Source: Octopus vulgaris
Taxonomy: Eukaryota
Direction: 5' to 3'
Length of the DNA: 64,000 nt
Assembly (NCBI GenBank): GCA_951406725.2
Contig: OX597821.1
Coordinates: 112,530,001-112,594,000 of the forward strand
In this document: in pieces, positions 1 through 17,518 of the stretch
Layout: every line of letters begins with the position of its first letter
Position numbering within the stretch: the first letter of the stretch is position 1
Made by a program: the position numbers and the translations under genes
Notes under the pieces: model-generated
Databases searched by the model: none
Seen by the model: the letters and a program-made list of their open reading frames with translations, nothing else
Told to the model about the DNA's origin: nothing

Positions 1-20
1 ACCAAAACTGTTGCACTTAC

Positions 21-400
21 ATCCGTGTAGACACAACTCGCAGAGTCGGACGGTTGGTGCCTTTTCGCCAAATGCCCATCCTCCCTTCCGCCGCCACGCC
101 GTTCCTTCCGTTCTGGTCCTAACCCAGCCACATTTAGCCTGACATTTTTCCATCTCACTATCAAAGAAAATGTCGTGTTACATCATCAAATCTTATGACT
201 GGTTTATCAATGGAAGAAGAGGAAAAAGCCGGGTAGACGGGCCAATGAAAGGGGAGGATGAGAAAGTAGACAGGCAGAAAGAAGGAGCGGCGGCGGGTGC
301 GGTGGCAGCTGCGGCGGCGGCGGCTGGTGGGGAAGTTGATAGCTGCTTTGCAACAGAAGTATTAAACAAAGAATGGTAATGGAACTTTTTCTGCATTTAG
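21..400 (-). other. Possible exon (5'UTR/first exon) of a minus-strand gene continuing left of the window
   Basis: GC/CpG-rich, repeat-free segment with (GCC)n tracts. CACTTAC at 14-20 is a consensus GTAAGT donor on the minus strand. No recognisable protein; the upstream boundary is a guess. Confidence 0.3.
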
Positions 401-612
401 TACGATTCGATCTTGGGTGTTGAGAATATTTTTTTTTGTGTAAAGATTGGATTCTATGAAGGTCTTGTGTCATTTTTTTTGGATTCTTCGATTTCTTGAA
501 GTGATTGACTACTTAGAATTTAAGATGCATCGAATGACAGGGCATATGCTGTTCTTATCACTATTTCTCTTCTATCTAGCCTTTCCGTCTATTTCAGAGT
601 CGAGCACAAATA

Positions 613-667
<55 letters not shown>

Positions 668-746
668 GTATCTAAATGTAGGATAAAAAAATTTTATCAA
701 TGGCCAGCATATTAAAAAAATACCTTTAAAGGTTAAAATTATAACA

Positions 747-817
747 ATTCATAAATAAGGGCAAACGAAAAAATTTCTAATGCCAAATATGCCGAAAAAT
801 TGCCCTTATTTATGAAT
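747..817. repeat. Short inverted repeat (18-bp perfect arms) between (TA)n tracts
   Basis: ATTCATAAATAAGGGCAA (747-764) is the reverse complement of TTGCCCTTATTTATGAAT (800-817). Confidence 0.75.
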
Positions 818-841
818 ATATATATATGTATGTATATATAT

Positions 842-1117
842 ACTCTTTTACACTTTTACTTGTTTCAGTCATTTGACTGCGGCCATGCCGGAGCACTGTC
901 TTTAGTCGAGCAAATCGACCCCAGGACTTATTCTTTGTAAGCCAAGCACTTATTCTATCGGTCTCTTTTGCCGAACCGCTAGGTTACGGGGATGTAAACA
1001 CACCAGCATTGGTTGTCAAGCGATGTTGGGGGGACAAACACAGACACACAAACATATACACACACGCATACATGTATATTTACATACATATATACGACGG
1101 GCTTCTTTCAGTTTCCG
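842..1117 (-). mobile_element. SINE family A, 5'-truncated (tRNA-derived, CORE-like body, internal microsatellite)
   Basis: Matches the 3' two-thirds of the full copy at 16030-16535 in reverse. Joined at ~1118 to a family B fragment. Confidence 0.85.
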
Positions 1118-1352
1118 GTCAACTTCGCCTTTCATCCCTTTATTCAAAATAAAAGTATCAGTCAAATACTTTCCTCCTCTCCCCATCAAAACTGCTGATC
1201 TTGAATCCTGTTTGGGACGAAGATTCTGTTCAAAGGGAGTGTTGTGATCTCAGTCCCTTATACGCCATGAAAACCGAGGAATGAACCTTAAAAGTCCAAG
1301 GGATCAGCCAAAACAATATATATAGCATTAATGTTTCAATATGTATCTATAC

Positions 1353-1514
1353 CAGTGGTTCTCAACTGCAGTTCCCAGGGCTTCATGAGGCCCTCAAACA
1401 TCCTTCCGGTGGCACACCCTCCCACCCCCGATGGTCTTCCCTCTACAAATATAACCTTTTCTTTCATTGACTTACGTTTTCCAGGCCCGGCAATTAAAAA
1501 AGGTTAAGAACCGC
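1353..1514. mobile_element. Degenerate hAT/Charlie-like MITE
   Basis: Starts CAGTGGTTCTCAAC and ends GGTTAAGAACC, resembling hAT-Charlie terminal inverted repeats (TIRs). No clear target-site duplication (TSD). Confidence 0.45.
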
Positions 1515-1660
1515 ACCTCTCTACGTACTCAGACATAATCAATATTTAAACATGTTTTTATATACATAAATGCATGTGATGTATGGCCAAATAGTCAAGA
1601 AGTTTTGCATTCGGCTTCGACTCCAGCATCGCTTCTTTTTTTGGCTTCCTTCGGAGACTG

Positions 1661-1890
1661 TTGTTGTTGTGGCTTAACCCCAAGTCAGCCATGTTTAGGA
1701 GACCAATGATAAAACGTTACTCCATCCATAGCAATTCTTCTGTGTTCCCCTTCTTCTTTCTAGGTAAAGTGTATCCCAGACTATTTCATTCACGTGCCCT
1801 TCCTTTTTACAAGACACTTAGGTGCGATTTGAGGAGATTAAGTAGCTATTTCTAACAAGTTGAACGACCATATAGAGATTTCCTTATTTC
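1661..1890 (-). mobile_element. Old SINE-like remnant with (CAA)n tail
   Basis: (TTG)n at 1661. Segment 1820-1885 (GATTTGAGGAGATT..GCTATTTCTA) is homologous to the tandem unit at 57967-58235. Confidence 0.45.
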
Positions 1891-1996
1891 TATGGATCGT
1901 TACGGGAGCGAGACGTGTTAAAACTCGTCAGAAAGGCAAACATACGCCATAGGAACATTCTGTCGAGCACTTGGTGAATTTTAAGAATATTACTAC

Positions 1997-2103
<107 letters not shown>

Positions 2104-2360
2104 TATTTCTTTACTACTATTTCTTTACTATTTTTTTTACTACCCACAAGGGGCTAAACACTGAGGGGACAAACAAGGACAGACATAGGTATTAAGTCGA
2201 TTACATCGACCCCAGTGCGTAACTGGTACTTAATTTATCGACCCCGAGAGGATGAAAGGCGAAGTCGACCTCGGCGGAATTTGAACTCGAAACGTAACGA
2301 TAGACGAAGTACGGCTACGCATTTCGCCCGGCGTGCTAACGTTTCTGCCAGCTCGCCGCC

Positions 2361-2362
<2 letters not shown>
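2104..2362 (-). mobile_element. SINE family B, full length, inserted within a (TAA)n array
   Basis: Minus strand reads AAGGCGGCGAGCTGGCAGAAACGTTAGC (A-box-like) ... GAGTTCAAATTCC (B-box) ... GCCTTTCATCCT..GGGGTCGATAAATTAAGTACCAG ... CCCCTTGTGGGTAGTAAA tail. About ten related copies or fragments occur in the window. Confidence 0.92.
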
Positions 2363-7006
<4,644 letters not shown>

Positions 7007-7584
7007 ACCAGTTATCTACCTCAGTTCAATATCATTATGGTGATGTAAGTGCAAAAAAATTTTGGTAGAATTTAATCTCAGAATTTTAATCGCAGAATTA
7101 ATGAACATTTCCACCATATCAGCCGACCCAATTTATTTATTTATTTGGGCGGTTTGTGACGAAGATGAAGAACTCAAAGAGAATTTCTTAAAAGTACAAT
7201 GAAAAAAAAAAATGCTTAAAATAGGGAGCCATGTTTAAATGCAATGTTCTAGTAAGTCTGGAATTTTAATGGTTTTGCAATTTGTCAGTTTTAGCGCGGT
7301 AATACATTCTTAATATCAAAACCAGCAAGAGCCACAGAATTACCATTTTCTGAGGGTTAGGGTAGGGGTACATGCACAGGTTCGTATTTCGTTTCTTTGG
7401 GTGTAAGACATAGCTTTTCAAATGTCACCGCATGTCCTTGTGCATCTCCAACGTTCTTCTAGACACGAGTTTTGGTTCGTGGAGGACTCCGTGTGCTTAA
7501 AGTACCATTTTCTTTGCTTTCTTTCGCCGTACCTTCTTATTTATTATACTCGTGACGCCACTCATGCCCGTCAAGTACCATTTC

Positions 7585-7762
7585 CCTTTGCTTGTTTCCG
7601 TCATTAGACTGCGACCATGCTGAAGCACCACCTTGAAGGATTTTTAGTCAACCAAATCGATCCCAGTATTTGCTTTCTTTTTGCTGAACCGCTAAGTTAC
7701 GGGTTGTCAAACACAACACAAAGACACACAGACAGACAGGTACACTCACACACACACACACA

Positions 7763-7815
<53 letters not shown>

Positions 7816-7957
7816 CTGGCTTCTTTCAGTTTCTGTCTACCAAATCGACTCACAAGGCTTTGGCAAGACACTTGCCCAAGGTGTCACGTAGTGGGACTGA
7901 ACCCAGAACCATGTGGTTAGGAAGCAAGTTTCTTATCACACAGCCACGCCTGCGCCT
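7585..7957 (-). mobile_element. SINE family A, near full length with internal (CA)n
   Basis: Reverse match to 16030-16535, including GACACCTTGGGCAAGTGTCTT and the tRNA-like head. Confidence 0.85.
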
Positions 7958-8169
7958 AGAACTTTATGTGTATTGGTATGTTTTCTTTTTAATTGTTTCA
8001 ATCATTGGATTGCGGCCATGCTGAGACACCGCCTTGATATCTTTTTTAAATATCTAGTCTTTCGTTTTTTTTACTTTCGATCCCTCACCTTATCTTATAC
8101 CTGTCTGTGTTCGATCCCATATCGAGGCATTTCTCGAGTTACGTTTTAAAGCGAGAAACTCACCAACAC

Positions 8170-8215
8170 CTTCTCTTTCTCTCTGTCTCTCTTTCTCCTT
8201 CCATCCTCCTCTGCA

Positions 8216-8255
<40 letters not shown>

Positions 8256-9035
8256 CTTCTTTCTATTCCCCCTTCTATCTTTCCGTCTCATTTTTCCTCG
8301 CTCTCACTCTCTCTCTCTATCTTTTTCTCTCTCCCCATTATTCTCCGTCTCTCTCTTCACCCTTCTCTATGTCTTTCCTCTCCCTACGCTTCACTCAATA
8401 CTTCTCCCACTTTCTTCTCTGTTTCTTCTCTCTGACGTCCCTCTCTCTCCCTACACTTCTCCCTCTATCATTGTCCGCCCTTTCTATACTCTTCTCTCTG
8501 TCTGTCTCTTATTCTTTCTCCATCTTTCTCTCCTTTTCTTCTCACTCTCAACTCCTTCTCCTCCTCCTCTCTCTCTTCTCTTTCTCCTGCTCCCTCTCAA
8601 CTCTTTCTCCTCCTCCCTCTCAACTCCTTCTCCTCCTCCCTCTCTTCTCTTTCTCCCCCTTCCTCTCTTCTCTTTCTCCTCCTCCCTCTCTCCCTATCTC
8701 TTTCTCCTCTTTCCTTCTTCTCTCTCACGCTGTCTTCCCTCTGTTTTCTCCCGACCATTCCCTCTGTCTTCCCTTCTCTCTCTCAATCTTTTTCAAAATA
8801 GCTCCATACTATCTTTCTCTTTCCCTTTCCATTCTTCTCTCTGTCTCTTTCTTCTCTCTCGTTCTCTCTCTCTCTCTCCATTCTTTTCTCTGACCCTTCC
8901 ATTTCCTCTCCTCTATATCTTCCCATTTTCTCCCCCCCCCCACTCTTCTCTCTCTCTCTCTCTCCATTTTCCTGTCTGTATCCTCTTCTCTCTTTCTATT
9001 TCATATTCCTCCGTACTTCTTTCTCTCTCTCTTCT
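8170..9035. repeat. Degenerate (CT)n polypyrimidine tract
   Basis: Read directly. Confidence 0.95.
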
Positions 9036-9394
9036 TGCATTAATATCTAGAAAAGCCGTTCATCGAAATGGTTTCTACAATCCTTTATTTGTTCTCCTTC
9101 CTCATTTATTTAATCAACCAGCCGAACGTTCTTTCACAGTCAGGCGTCATTTGACAACGACAAACGTAGCTTAGTCCTTCCATTTACACTTAACCGTCAG
9201 ATCTCTCATTGCAAAAATATTTTAGCACCAAACATTGGTGCAGTCTCCGATGACTGGTGAAGAACTGCGCTTCGCAACCACATGATTCCAGGCTTGATCC
9301 CATTACGTACCCCCCTTTTTTTTTTTACTTCATATATAATATATGTGCATATACGTATATATATGTATATATAATATATGTACATATACGTATA

Positions 9395-9449
<55 letters not shown>

Positions 9450-9530
9450 TTTTTCTGCTGTGATTTTTGCTACCCAGGTATCGGTTAAACTTTTGAATAA
9501 TCCGTAACAAGATAATTCATCTTTCCATTT

Positions 9531-9651
<121 letters not shown>

Positions 9652-9933
9652 TATTTGTATATATATATATATGTTCAAATAATGAATTAGATGTAGCTGG
9701 AGTATATAAACAAAATCGAACAGACACACACGGTGTGTGTGTGTTGTTAACCCGTTGGGTCGTCGGGGGGGGGAGTAGGCGTTAGACAATATATTCTCTA
9801 TGCGCGCTTGGTGCAAAGAACACCCGAAACTAAGTCGCAGTCAAGCGAGACAACTCACAGCATGTCCCTTACCAATGCCGCAGGCCGATCAAGGCTCTCT
9901 GCAAGCCATAGACTATATATATATATATATATA

Positions 9934-10110
9934 TATAGGGAGAGTTTACGAAAAAATACAAAAGACGAAGACAGGTGGTGTACAAAACAAACAGATCTAT
10001 TAGTATAACGCTCAGGAATAGAAAAAGTCTTTTACGTTTCGAGCCTACGCTCTTCTACAGAAAGGTACAAAGAAAAAAAACAAGGAGAGAAACAAGGAGA
10101 GAAAAAAAGG
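9934..10110 (-). mobile_element. Penelope-like pseudo-LTR fragment (same family as 42150-42355 and 46892-47063)
   Basis: Reverse complement is near-identical to 46905-47063; abuts (TA)n. Confidence 0.8.
10028..10065 (-). ncRNA. Minimal type I hammerhead ribozyme, U6 core variant
   Basis: Minus strand: CTTT-CTGTAGA-A-GAGC(GTAG)GCTC-GAAA-CG-TA-AAAG. Confidence 0.65.
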
Positions 10111-10358
10111 AGAGAAAAAAGAAGAGACAAAAAGAAGAGAAAAAGAGAAGAGAAAAAAGAGAAAAAAAAGAAAGAAGAAAAGAAAAAACGAAGAGAAATG
10201 TAAAGTAAGATATAAGTTAAAGATTATGCAACCATCCAAGTGACAGATGTATCCATAAGCACTCCTGGTGTATTACCTCAATATGTATGGGCCTTGTTAT
10301 AAGGTATACGGTAGTAGGTAATTTAAAGGTAAAAACGTGGTTTAATATATATAGAGAC

Positions 10359-10626
<268 letters not shown>

Positions 10627-10717
10627 ACAATATACAATATGCAATTGAAGCAGTAAATTGGTCCTGAGATAACATCTCTCGTTGACTTGCTCTGTTACAA
10701 AGCGTAATACATCTCTT

Positions 10718-10763
<46 letters not shown>

Positions 10764-10954
10764 TTCACCGTTATATTACGGCAGAGGTCACACTTTGAGC
10801 TGCTGCCCCGGTGAGCCGTATGTCGAGGGGCCCTAATGCCATTTTACGTATGGAGGCCTGTGATGCGAGTAAGAGTTACAAATTAATATCTTAATATAGG
10901 ATCCCCTTATTCTCAGCTGTAATATTCTACAGTTCTATATTTGAGAGATGAGGA

Positions 10955-11273
10955 ATTACGTACATTATTTACGTTATTTACATTTGACGGATATTTGTCC
11001 TCATCTTGTTTGTTGTTAACACAACGTTTCGGCTGATATACCCTCCAGATTTATGGCGTAGTGGTTAAGAGCGGGGGATACTAACCCCAAAATTCCAAGT
11101 TAATAATAATAATAACATCGAAAAATACCTTAGGAATGAGAACACAGGTTCGAAATTTCCCCAAGACACCTGATGAAGGCTGGAGGGTATACCAGCCGAA
11201 ACGGTGTGTTAACAACAAACAAGATGAGGACAAATATCCGTCAAAGGTAAATAATGTAAATAATGTACGTAAT
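10955..11273. mobile_element. Penelope-like terminal repeat remnant in inverted arrangement (94-bp arms)
   Basis: 10955-11048 is the reverse complement of 11180-11273. The spacer contains a tRNA-like SINE head fragment (GGCGTAGTGGTTAAGAGC) and (TAA)n. Confidence 0.75.
11165..11210 (+). ncRNA. Minimal type I hammerhead ribozyme (this copy has U16.1>G)
   Basis: GACAC-CTGATGA-A-GGCTGG(AGGGTATA)CCAGCC-GAAA-CG-GT-GTGTT. The inverted arm retains GAAACGTTGTGTT with the ACGT palindrome. Confidence 0.75.
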
Positions 11274-12089
11274 ATTTTAGTTTTCTAATCTTTTAACCAG
11301 ACAAAGTTTGAAGTTTTCTTCATCAAATTAATCAACTCTACTCCCGTTGCTACGATATATATTGTCTTAAATGCTTGATGATTATCATAGTAACCCTAAC
11401 GTCTGAACTTGTTAACCTTCTTTTAACCGCACTAATTTCATTCATTTTATGAGGCCTTCTGTCGCAGAAATTTCATTCCAACTACAAACAGAAAAATCTT
11501 CTCTTTCGAGGTAACTGTAAAACAGAAAGCAGAGAAAGAAAAATACAGGCAAACAGTAAAAGCCAACCGAAAACAGGTGGATATGTTGCGGTTTTTTTTG
11601 TCGTTGTTGTTTTCATTTTTTCTGAAAACCATAATTATTGCCATAAGTTAAGTTTTAAAAGATAACTTCGTTACAGAGTTTATTTGAAGTTGGAAAAGGA
11701 AAATGATGTCGCATTTTACGCCAACTATTTTTCTTGTAATTCAATACACAAGAGAATTAGAATTGATAGCCGTCAGAAAAGAAATAACACGATTAGAATA
11801 AACAGAGATGTATTGACCTGAAGTCTATATTATTCACATGTATGTTTATACAGGATTTCAAACACCATTACAAATCTTTGCACAAAATTATAGCGTGTTT
11901 ATATAATGCACAGCATTCCGTCCTCTGACTATTGCACACGGCTAATTAACTTAATTACATTCGTCGTATACTATTTCCTTTGCTTAATGGTAAGCTGAAA
12001 GTTTGAAGTCACTATCAACCATTTCCAACCCGGTAGAATCGTTAGTACTTCGGGTAAAATGTTTAGTGCCATTTCTTCCAACGCTTTAA

Positions 12090-12350
12090 ACAAAGTGTTC
12101 CAATCCCGCTGAGGTCGATGAAATAAAATGGCCAGACAAGAACTGGAGTCGATGTAATCAACTCACTCCTCCCCTTTAAATGCTGGCCTTTTGTCAAAAT
12201 TAAAAAGCATAATGAAATAAGGTGGTGAGCTGACAGAATCGTTAGCATGCCGGACAAAATGCCATTAGGCATTTTGTCCGTCTTTACGTTCTCAGTTCAA
12301 ATTCCGTCGAGGTCGATTTTTGCCTTTCATCTATTTACAGGTCGGTAAAA
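12090..12350 (+). mobile_element. Two adjacent degenerate SINE family B-related copies
   Basis: AAGGTGGTGAGCTGACAGAATCGTTAGCATGCCGG...AGTTCAAATTCC...GCCTTTCATC at 12218-12350, preceded by a 3' fragment. Confidence 0.75.
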
Positions 12351-12772
12351 TAATCGTGCGTGTGTGTGTGTGTGTGTTTGTGCGTGCACGCGTAGTTCCA
12401 CGATATATCTCACGGATTCCCTGATATCCATCGTCAGTGAGGTTTCTGGGAGTTTAGGGCTTTTCGGGTCCCGACCCTCAAGTCAACTCAGCTGGAAGTG
12501 ATCGAGTCTTAATTTGCATCCCAGCAGCAGTAATCCGCTAGTGTGCACTCTTGATGGAAAGCGCCATCTAGTGGTTTTAACCGCAGCTTTGGTGAATGAA
12601 TGTATGCCCCACTCCCCTGCGACTGCTTTGCTGAACCAATAACTCTACATCCACAGACTCACATACGCATACACATGCAGATAAAGTTACAAGTCTCTGA
12701 CGATTTGACAGTAAGTCTTGATTATGCAATTTATATGTAACTAATAATCGTATAATGTTAATGAAATGTACG

Positions 12773-12804
<32 letters not shown>

Positions 12805-12810
<6 letters not shown>

Positions 12811-13110
12811 TGGCTATGTGGTTAGAACTTTGCTTCCCAACCACATGGTTCCTAGTTCAGTCTCAGTTGGACAAGTGACCTCCGTCATAACCTCGATTTA
12901 GTAGACAGAAATAGAAAGTCGCTCGTCGTATACACACACCATGCTGGTGTTCTTGCAACCCCGTAACGTAGCATTTCGGCTAAATAGACCGATATTATAA
13001 GTACCCCGCTTGAAAAACAATTACTGGTGTCGATTCATTCGACTAAAAATTCTTTAAGATAGTTCCCCCAAGATGGCTGCATTCTAATGACTGGAACTAG
13101 GAAAAAATAA
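12805..13110 (+). mobile_element. SINE family A, degenerate
   Basis: TGGCTATGTGGTTAGAACTTTGCTTCCCAACCACATGG head and ...CCCCAAGATGGCTGCATTCTAATGACTGGAAC tail. Confidence 0.75.
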
Positions 13111-13183
13111 TACATACATACACACACATATGCATGCATGCACGCGGTAAATGTGGGAGACTCATTAACTGGTTCTCCGTCGG

Positions 13184-13640
13184 TTACGACGAAGAGTACT
13201 CCAGTTGATCCGACCATCGGAGCAGACTGTTCAATAACTTAACGTGCAAGTGATCGAGTACTCCACAGACACGCGTGCACTTAATGTATTTTTTAAGGGG
13301 ATTCAGTGTAACACAGAATGGGATAAGGTTGGCCCTTTGAAATACAGGTACATTTTTGCCAGCTGAGAGGACTAGAGCAACGTGAAATAAAGGCCGAGAG
13401 TTCGATTCCTGGCGGCGTGTTGTGTCCTTGGGCAAGACATTTCCTTTCAGGTTGCTCCAGTTCACTCAGCTGACAAAAATGAGCTGTACCTGTAATTCAA
13501 AAGGGTCCATTCGGTGCCACGCTGAATCTCCCCGAGAATTACGCTAAAGGTGTGTCTGTAGAGTCCTTAGCCACATACACGGCTTTTCCGTTGATTGTAT
13601 GAACTCGAAACCTCGTCATCGCAATCGACGGAGTACCAGT
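13184..13640. mobile_element. Head-to-head pair of family C-tail SINE fragments (CORE-like GTGTCCTTGGGCAAGACA)
   Basis: 13184-13392 on minus and 13393-13640 on plus share the AAAGGG..CACGCTGAATCTCCCCGAGAA..CGACGGAGT tail. Confidence 0.8.
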
Positions 13641-13704
13641 TCATACACACCCCGTCACACACCCGCGCCCAGCCACACACTATATATACATACCCATACA
13701 TATA

Positions 13705-14599
13705 CAAGGTCTGATCATTAAGTATCCGGATTGTTGCTATAGTAACGAAGCTAAAATTTGCATAGTGAAGCTGCTTGGCACAGATTGACCTCGAACTCTG
13801 CTGAGCATGCAGACTAAGTCTTCACGTTTTAGCTCACACCTGCTGTTTACAGCAGTGCTTGGAGGGAACATGTGTGGTGCATGATCGTCGTATTGACCAT
13901 GACAGAGAAAGTTGAGCAGAGAATCTGCATCAAATTTTGCCAAAAGCTTGACAATACCTGCTCAGAGGCCTATGCATAATTTTCAAAAAGTTTTCATTGT
14001 TCTCGACAAAATTAAGGAAATCTTGTGCACCTGAAACCCGAGTGTCTTTTTTGGTCAGCTGAGAGTACTTTTGGCACAAACTTGGTAGACACGCACCGCA
14101 TACCTAAATCTTCAGTGATAATGGACTGAACTGAACCGTAACTAATCTGCGCATTCTCTGATAACTCACGGATGGTGATTCGACAATTTCCCTCACAGCT
14201 ACACTCACATTTGCGGTGTCTTTTTCAGTTCTGCTGGTTGCGGGTCTCCCAGAACGTTCGTCAAAATCGACATTTTTTCGGCCATCTTGGAAACGTCTAG
14301 ACCACTCAAACATTTGTGCGCGTCTCATGCACTCCTATTCATACACTTTCTGCAACTTTGCGTAGGCCTCTGAGCAGGTATCGCCATGACAACTTTCTCT
14401 GTCATGGCCAATGCGACGACCACACACTACACACGTTCCTTCCAAGCATTGCTGTAAATAGTGGAATTGATGTAGAACTTTAAAACTTAGTGCACACGCA
14501 CAACAAAGTTCAAGGTCAGTCTTTGTTAAGCGGCTTTACTATGCGTGCTTTAACCTCGTTACTATGGCAACAGTCCGGATACTTATTGGTCAAACCTCG
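13705..14599. mobile_element. Mariner-derived fold-back element (two inverted 5' ends), TA TSD
   Basis: TA-CAAGGTCTGATCATTAAGTATCCGGA ... TCCGGATACTTATTGGTCAAACCTCG-TA with ~255-285-bp inverted arms. Transposase remnants: MTEKVEQRICIKFCQKL, FEWSRRFQDGR..DERSGRP, VSTKFVPKVL. Confidence 0.9.
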
Positions 14600-14649
14600 T
14601 ACATACTCACATGTATTAGTTTCAATACTGTCAGCAATATTGGTCAGTG

Positions 14650-14812
14650 AGTTCAGGGGAAAGGTTAAAATGATTACATCGACCCCAATGCTCAACTTGT
14701 ACTTATTTTATCGACTCTGAAAACAAATTTAACCCAGAACGTAAAGACGGACGAAATGCCGCTAAGCTAAGCTTTTCGCCCGGTGTGCTAACGATTCTGC
14801 CAGCTCGCCGCC
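14650..14812 (-). mobile_element. SINE family B-related copy
   Basis: GCCAGCTCGCCGCC head at 14799-14812; TTTATCGAC core. Confidence 0.8.
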
Positions 14813-15204
14813 CTGTAACATTCTCTCGCATAATCAGTAGACATTTTGAACGCAGACGGATACAAGCACGTTGCATGCAGCTAGCTTCGAAAATACTATC
14901 ATGCAAAACCGATGTGGTTTCATGACCTTTTGGTAAAACTTTCGATTTTCTGCAGAAACAGCAGTTATTCCATTAACCATCTTAGAAAATGCAAGCAGAA
15001 TATTCTAGACTGAATCTGTCCCATCTACCCCCAACAGCACCCCCTCTTTCTCTTTCATTGCGAGAAAAGCGTAAAGTAATACACATTTGATCTAGACTAT
15101 AGGTTTACGAGTTCGATTTCGAAACAAATGATGAAATTTAAGATTTAGGTAATACACACACGCACACATACACGCACACTCACTGGCTCTCACACAAACA
15201 CACA

Positions 15205-15350
15205 TATACAGGATTCTTTCAGTTTCCGTCTACCAAATGCATTAAGAAGGCTTTGGTTGACCCAAAGGTTGAGTAGAAGACTTTTGCTCAAAGTTCCACG
15301 CAGTGGGACTGAACCCGGAACCACGTGGCGGGAAACAAACTTCTTACCCC
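15205..15350 (-). mobile_element. SINE family A, 5' half
   Basis: TTCTTTCAGTTTCCGTCTACCAAAT...GCAGTGGGACTGAACCCGGAACCACGTGG. Confidence 0.8.
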
Positions 15351-15685
15351 ATATGCATGCGAGTGCCTAATGTGTGTGTGTGTGTATGTGAGTGGGTGTG
15401 TATGTGTGTGTGCGCGCGCGCGTGTGTGTGTCTGTGTGCGTGTGTGTGTAATATATATACACACAGACACATAGACGTGTGTGTAAGTGTTTTTTTTTGC
15501 ATATACATATATATGTTTGTGTATGATATACAAGTATATACGTAAGTACGTTCTGAAAGCACCGTGCCTGCTGTGGCTTCCAGCACAAACAGGAAGTGAC
15601 CTTTGAACGATATTGCTAAACTATATAGCACGTGTTGTCGGTTGCTAATACGCATCCATTCTGTACGTACTTCCGTATTCTACTC

Positions 15686-15745
<60 letters not shown>

Positions 15746-15870
15746 AGTAAACATGATTTGCCAACATAATGTGGCATCTTTACTCAAGAGTACTGTTACT
15801 TAATGTTTCTCGTTGAGAGATTTACAAATAGTAATTTTCTATTTTATACACACACACATGCATATATATG

Positions 15871-15980
<110 letters not shown>

Positions 15981-16029
15981 CACCTATATGTATATATGTA
16001 TATATATATATTTATATATATATACATAT

Positions 16030-16217
16030 AGGCGCAGAAGTGGCTGTGTGGTAAGTAGCTTGCTTACCAGCCACATAGTTCCAGGTTCAGTCCTACTGCG
16101 TGGCACTTTGGGCAAGTGTCTTCTACTATAGCCTCGGGTCGACCAAAGTCTTATGAGTGGATTTGGTAGACGGAAACTGAAAGAAGCCCGTCGTATATAT
16201 ATATACACATACATATG

Positions 16218-16286
<69 letters not shown>

Positions 16287-16535
16287 GGAGAGTGTGTGTG
16301 TGTGTATGTGTGCGTGTATGTATATGTTTTGGTGTCTGTGTTTGTCGCCCCAACATCGCTTGACAACCGATGCTGGTGTGTTTACGTCCCTGTAACCAAG
16401 CGGTTCGGCAAGAGAGACCGATAGGATAAGTACTAGGCTTACAAAGAATAAGTCCTGGAGTCGATTTGCTCGACTAAAGGCGGTGCTCCAGCATGGCCGC
16501 AGTCAAATGACTGAAACAAATAAAAGAATAAAAGA
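16030..16535 (+). mobile_element. SINE family A, full length (reference copy)
   Basis: tRNA-like head TGGCTGTGTGG / GGTTCAGTCC, CORE-like CTTTGGGCAAGTGTCTT, internal (TA)n/(TG)n, conserved 3' half, (TAAAAGAA)n tail. Confidence 0.92.
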
Positions 16536-16584
16536 AAAATATGTATATATATATGTATGTATATACACACACGCATACACACAC

Positions 16585-16687
<103 letters not shown>

Positions 16688-17462
16688 TACACGTTAAATC
16701 AGGCCCCATGGAAATTACATAGTGAATGTCTATGAGGACGCTACCGTCTCAAAGCATTTCTCTGCCAAAGTAAGACGGGATCAAACCAAATGGCTTTGAT
16801 GAAGATTGAAAGTACTACACACGATAAAGCCATCTGAATGTTACACAGAGTTATGCTGGTTTTTACGTGCCATACATTTATGCTATGATAAATATTTGAT
16901 AATCTTCGCTGTAAAATCTTCAAGAGAAAGCCAATAATAACAGACATCGTTTGCTTGGAATTGGTATGATACGATTCTTACTAATGGCTGGCTTGCATTG
17001 TCAAGATGGACGAATAGTGAAAGCTACGAAGTAGATTATTACTGTGTTGGAAAAGGCTTCTATATGAGATTGAAAATAAATTTAAAAGCTTCCTGTGATA
17101 AGCGAAAATTGTCTGTAAACGATTTGCGAAAGTGGATTGAAGTCCGCTGGAAAGGTTGACGATTTTGCTCGGAACTTTGACGCTTCCTTTTCTACAATGG
17201 CGTTTAAGCAGTTTATCTTGTAGACTTTACTTTCGCTTAAAAGCTAGCAAAGAATCATATTCAATTGTTATTTCATTATTTCTTTATAATTCTTAACTCA
17301 GGTTGAGAAACAATTTTCAAAATTGTTGGATGTCGCTATGTCTTCGCGTTTCTACGTCTCTGTGTCTCGCTATGCGCCACACGTCATTGCCAAATGATCG
17401 TTAATACGGCCTTTAGGGTGATTTTGCTTACAGGTAGGACATGCGTATGTGTGCGTGCGTGC

Positions 17463-17518
<56 letters not shown>

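Noticed and set aside
170-379. 69-aa plus-strand ORF with poly-Ala
   Set aside because: No recognisable homology; the poly-Ala arises from (GCG)n, and the clearest splice signal points to the minus strand.
8107-9174. 355-aa Leu/Ser/Phe-rich ORF (and similar at 19370-20206)
   Set aside because: A stop-free (CT)n tract mimics a hydrophobic protein.
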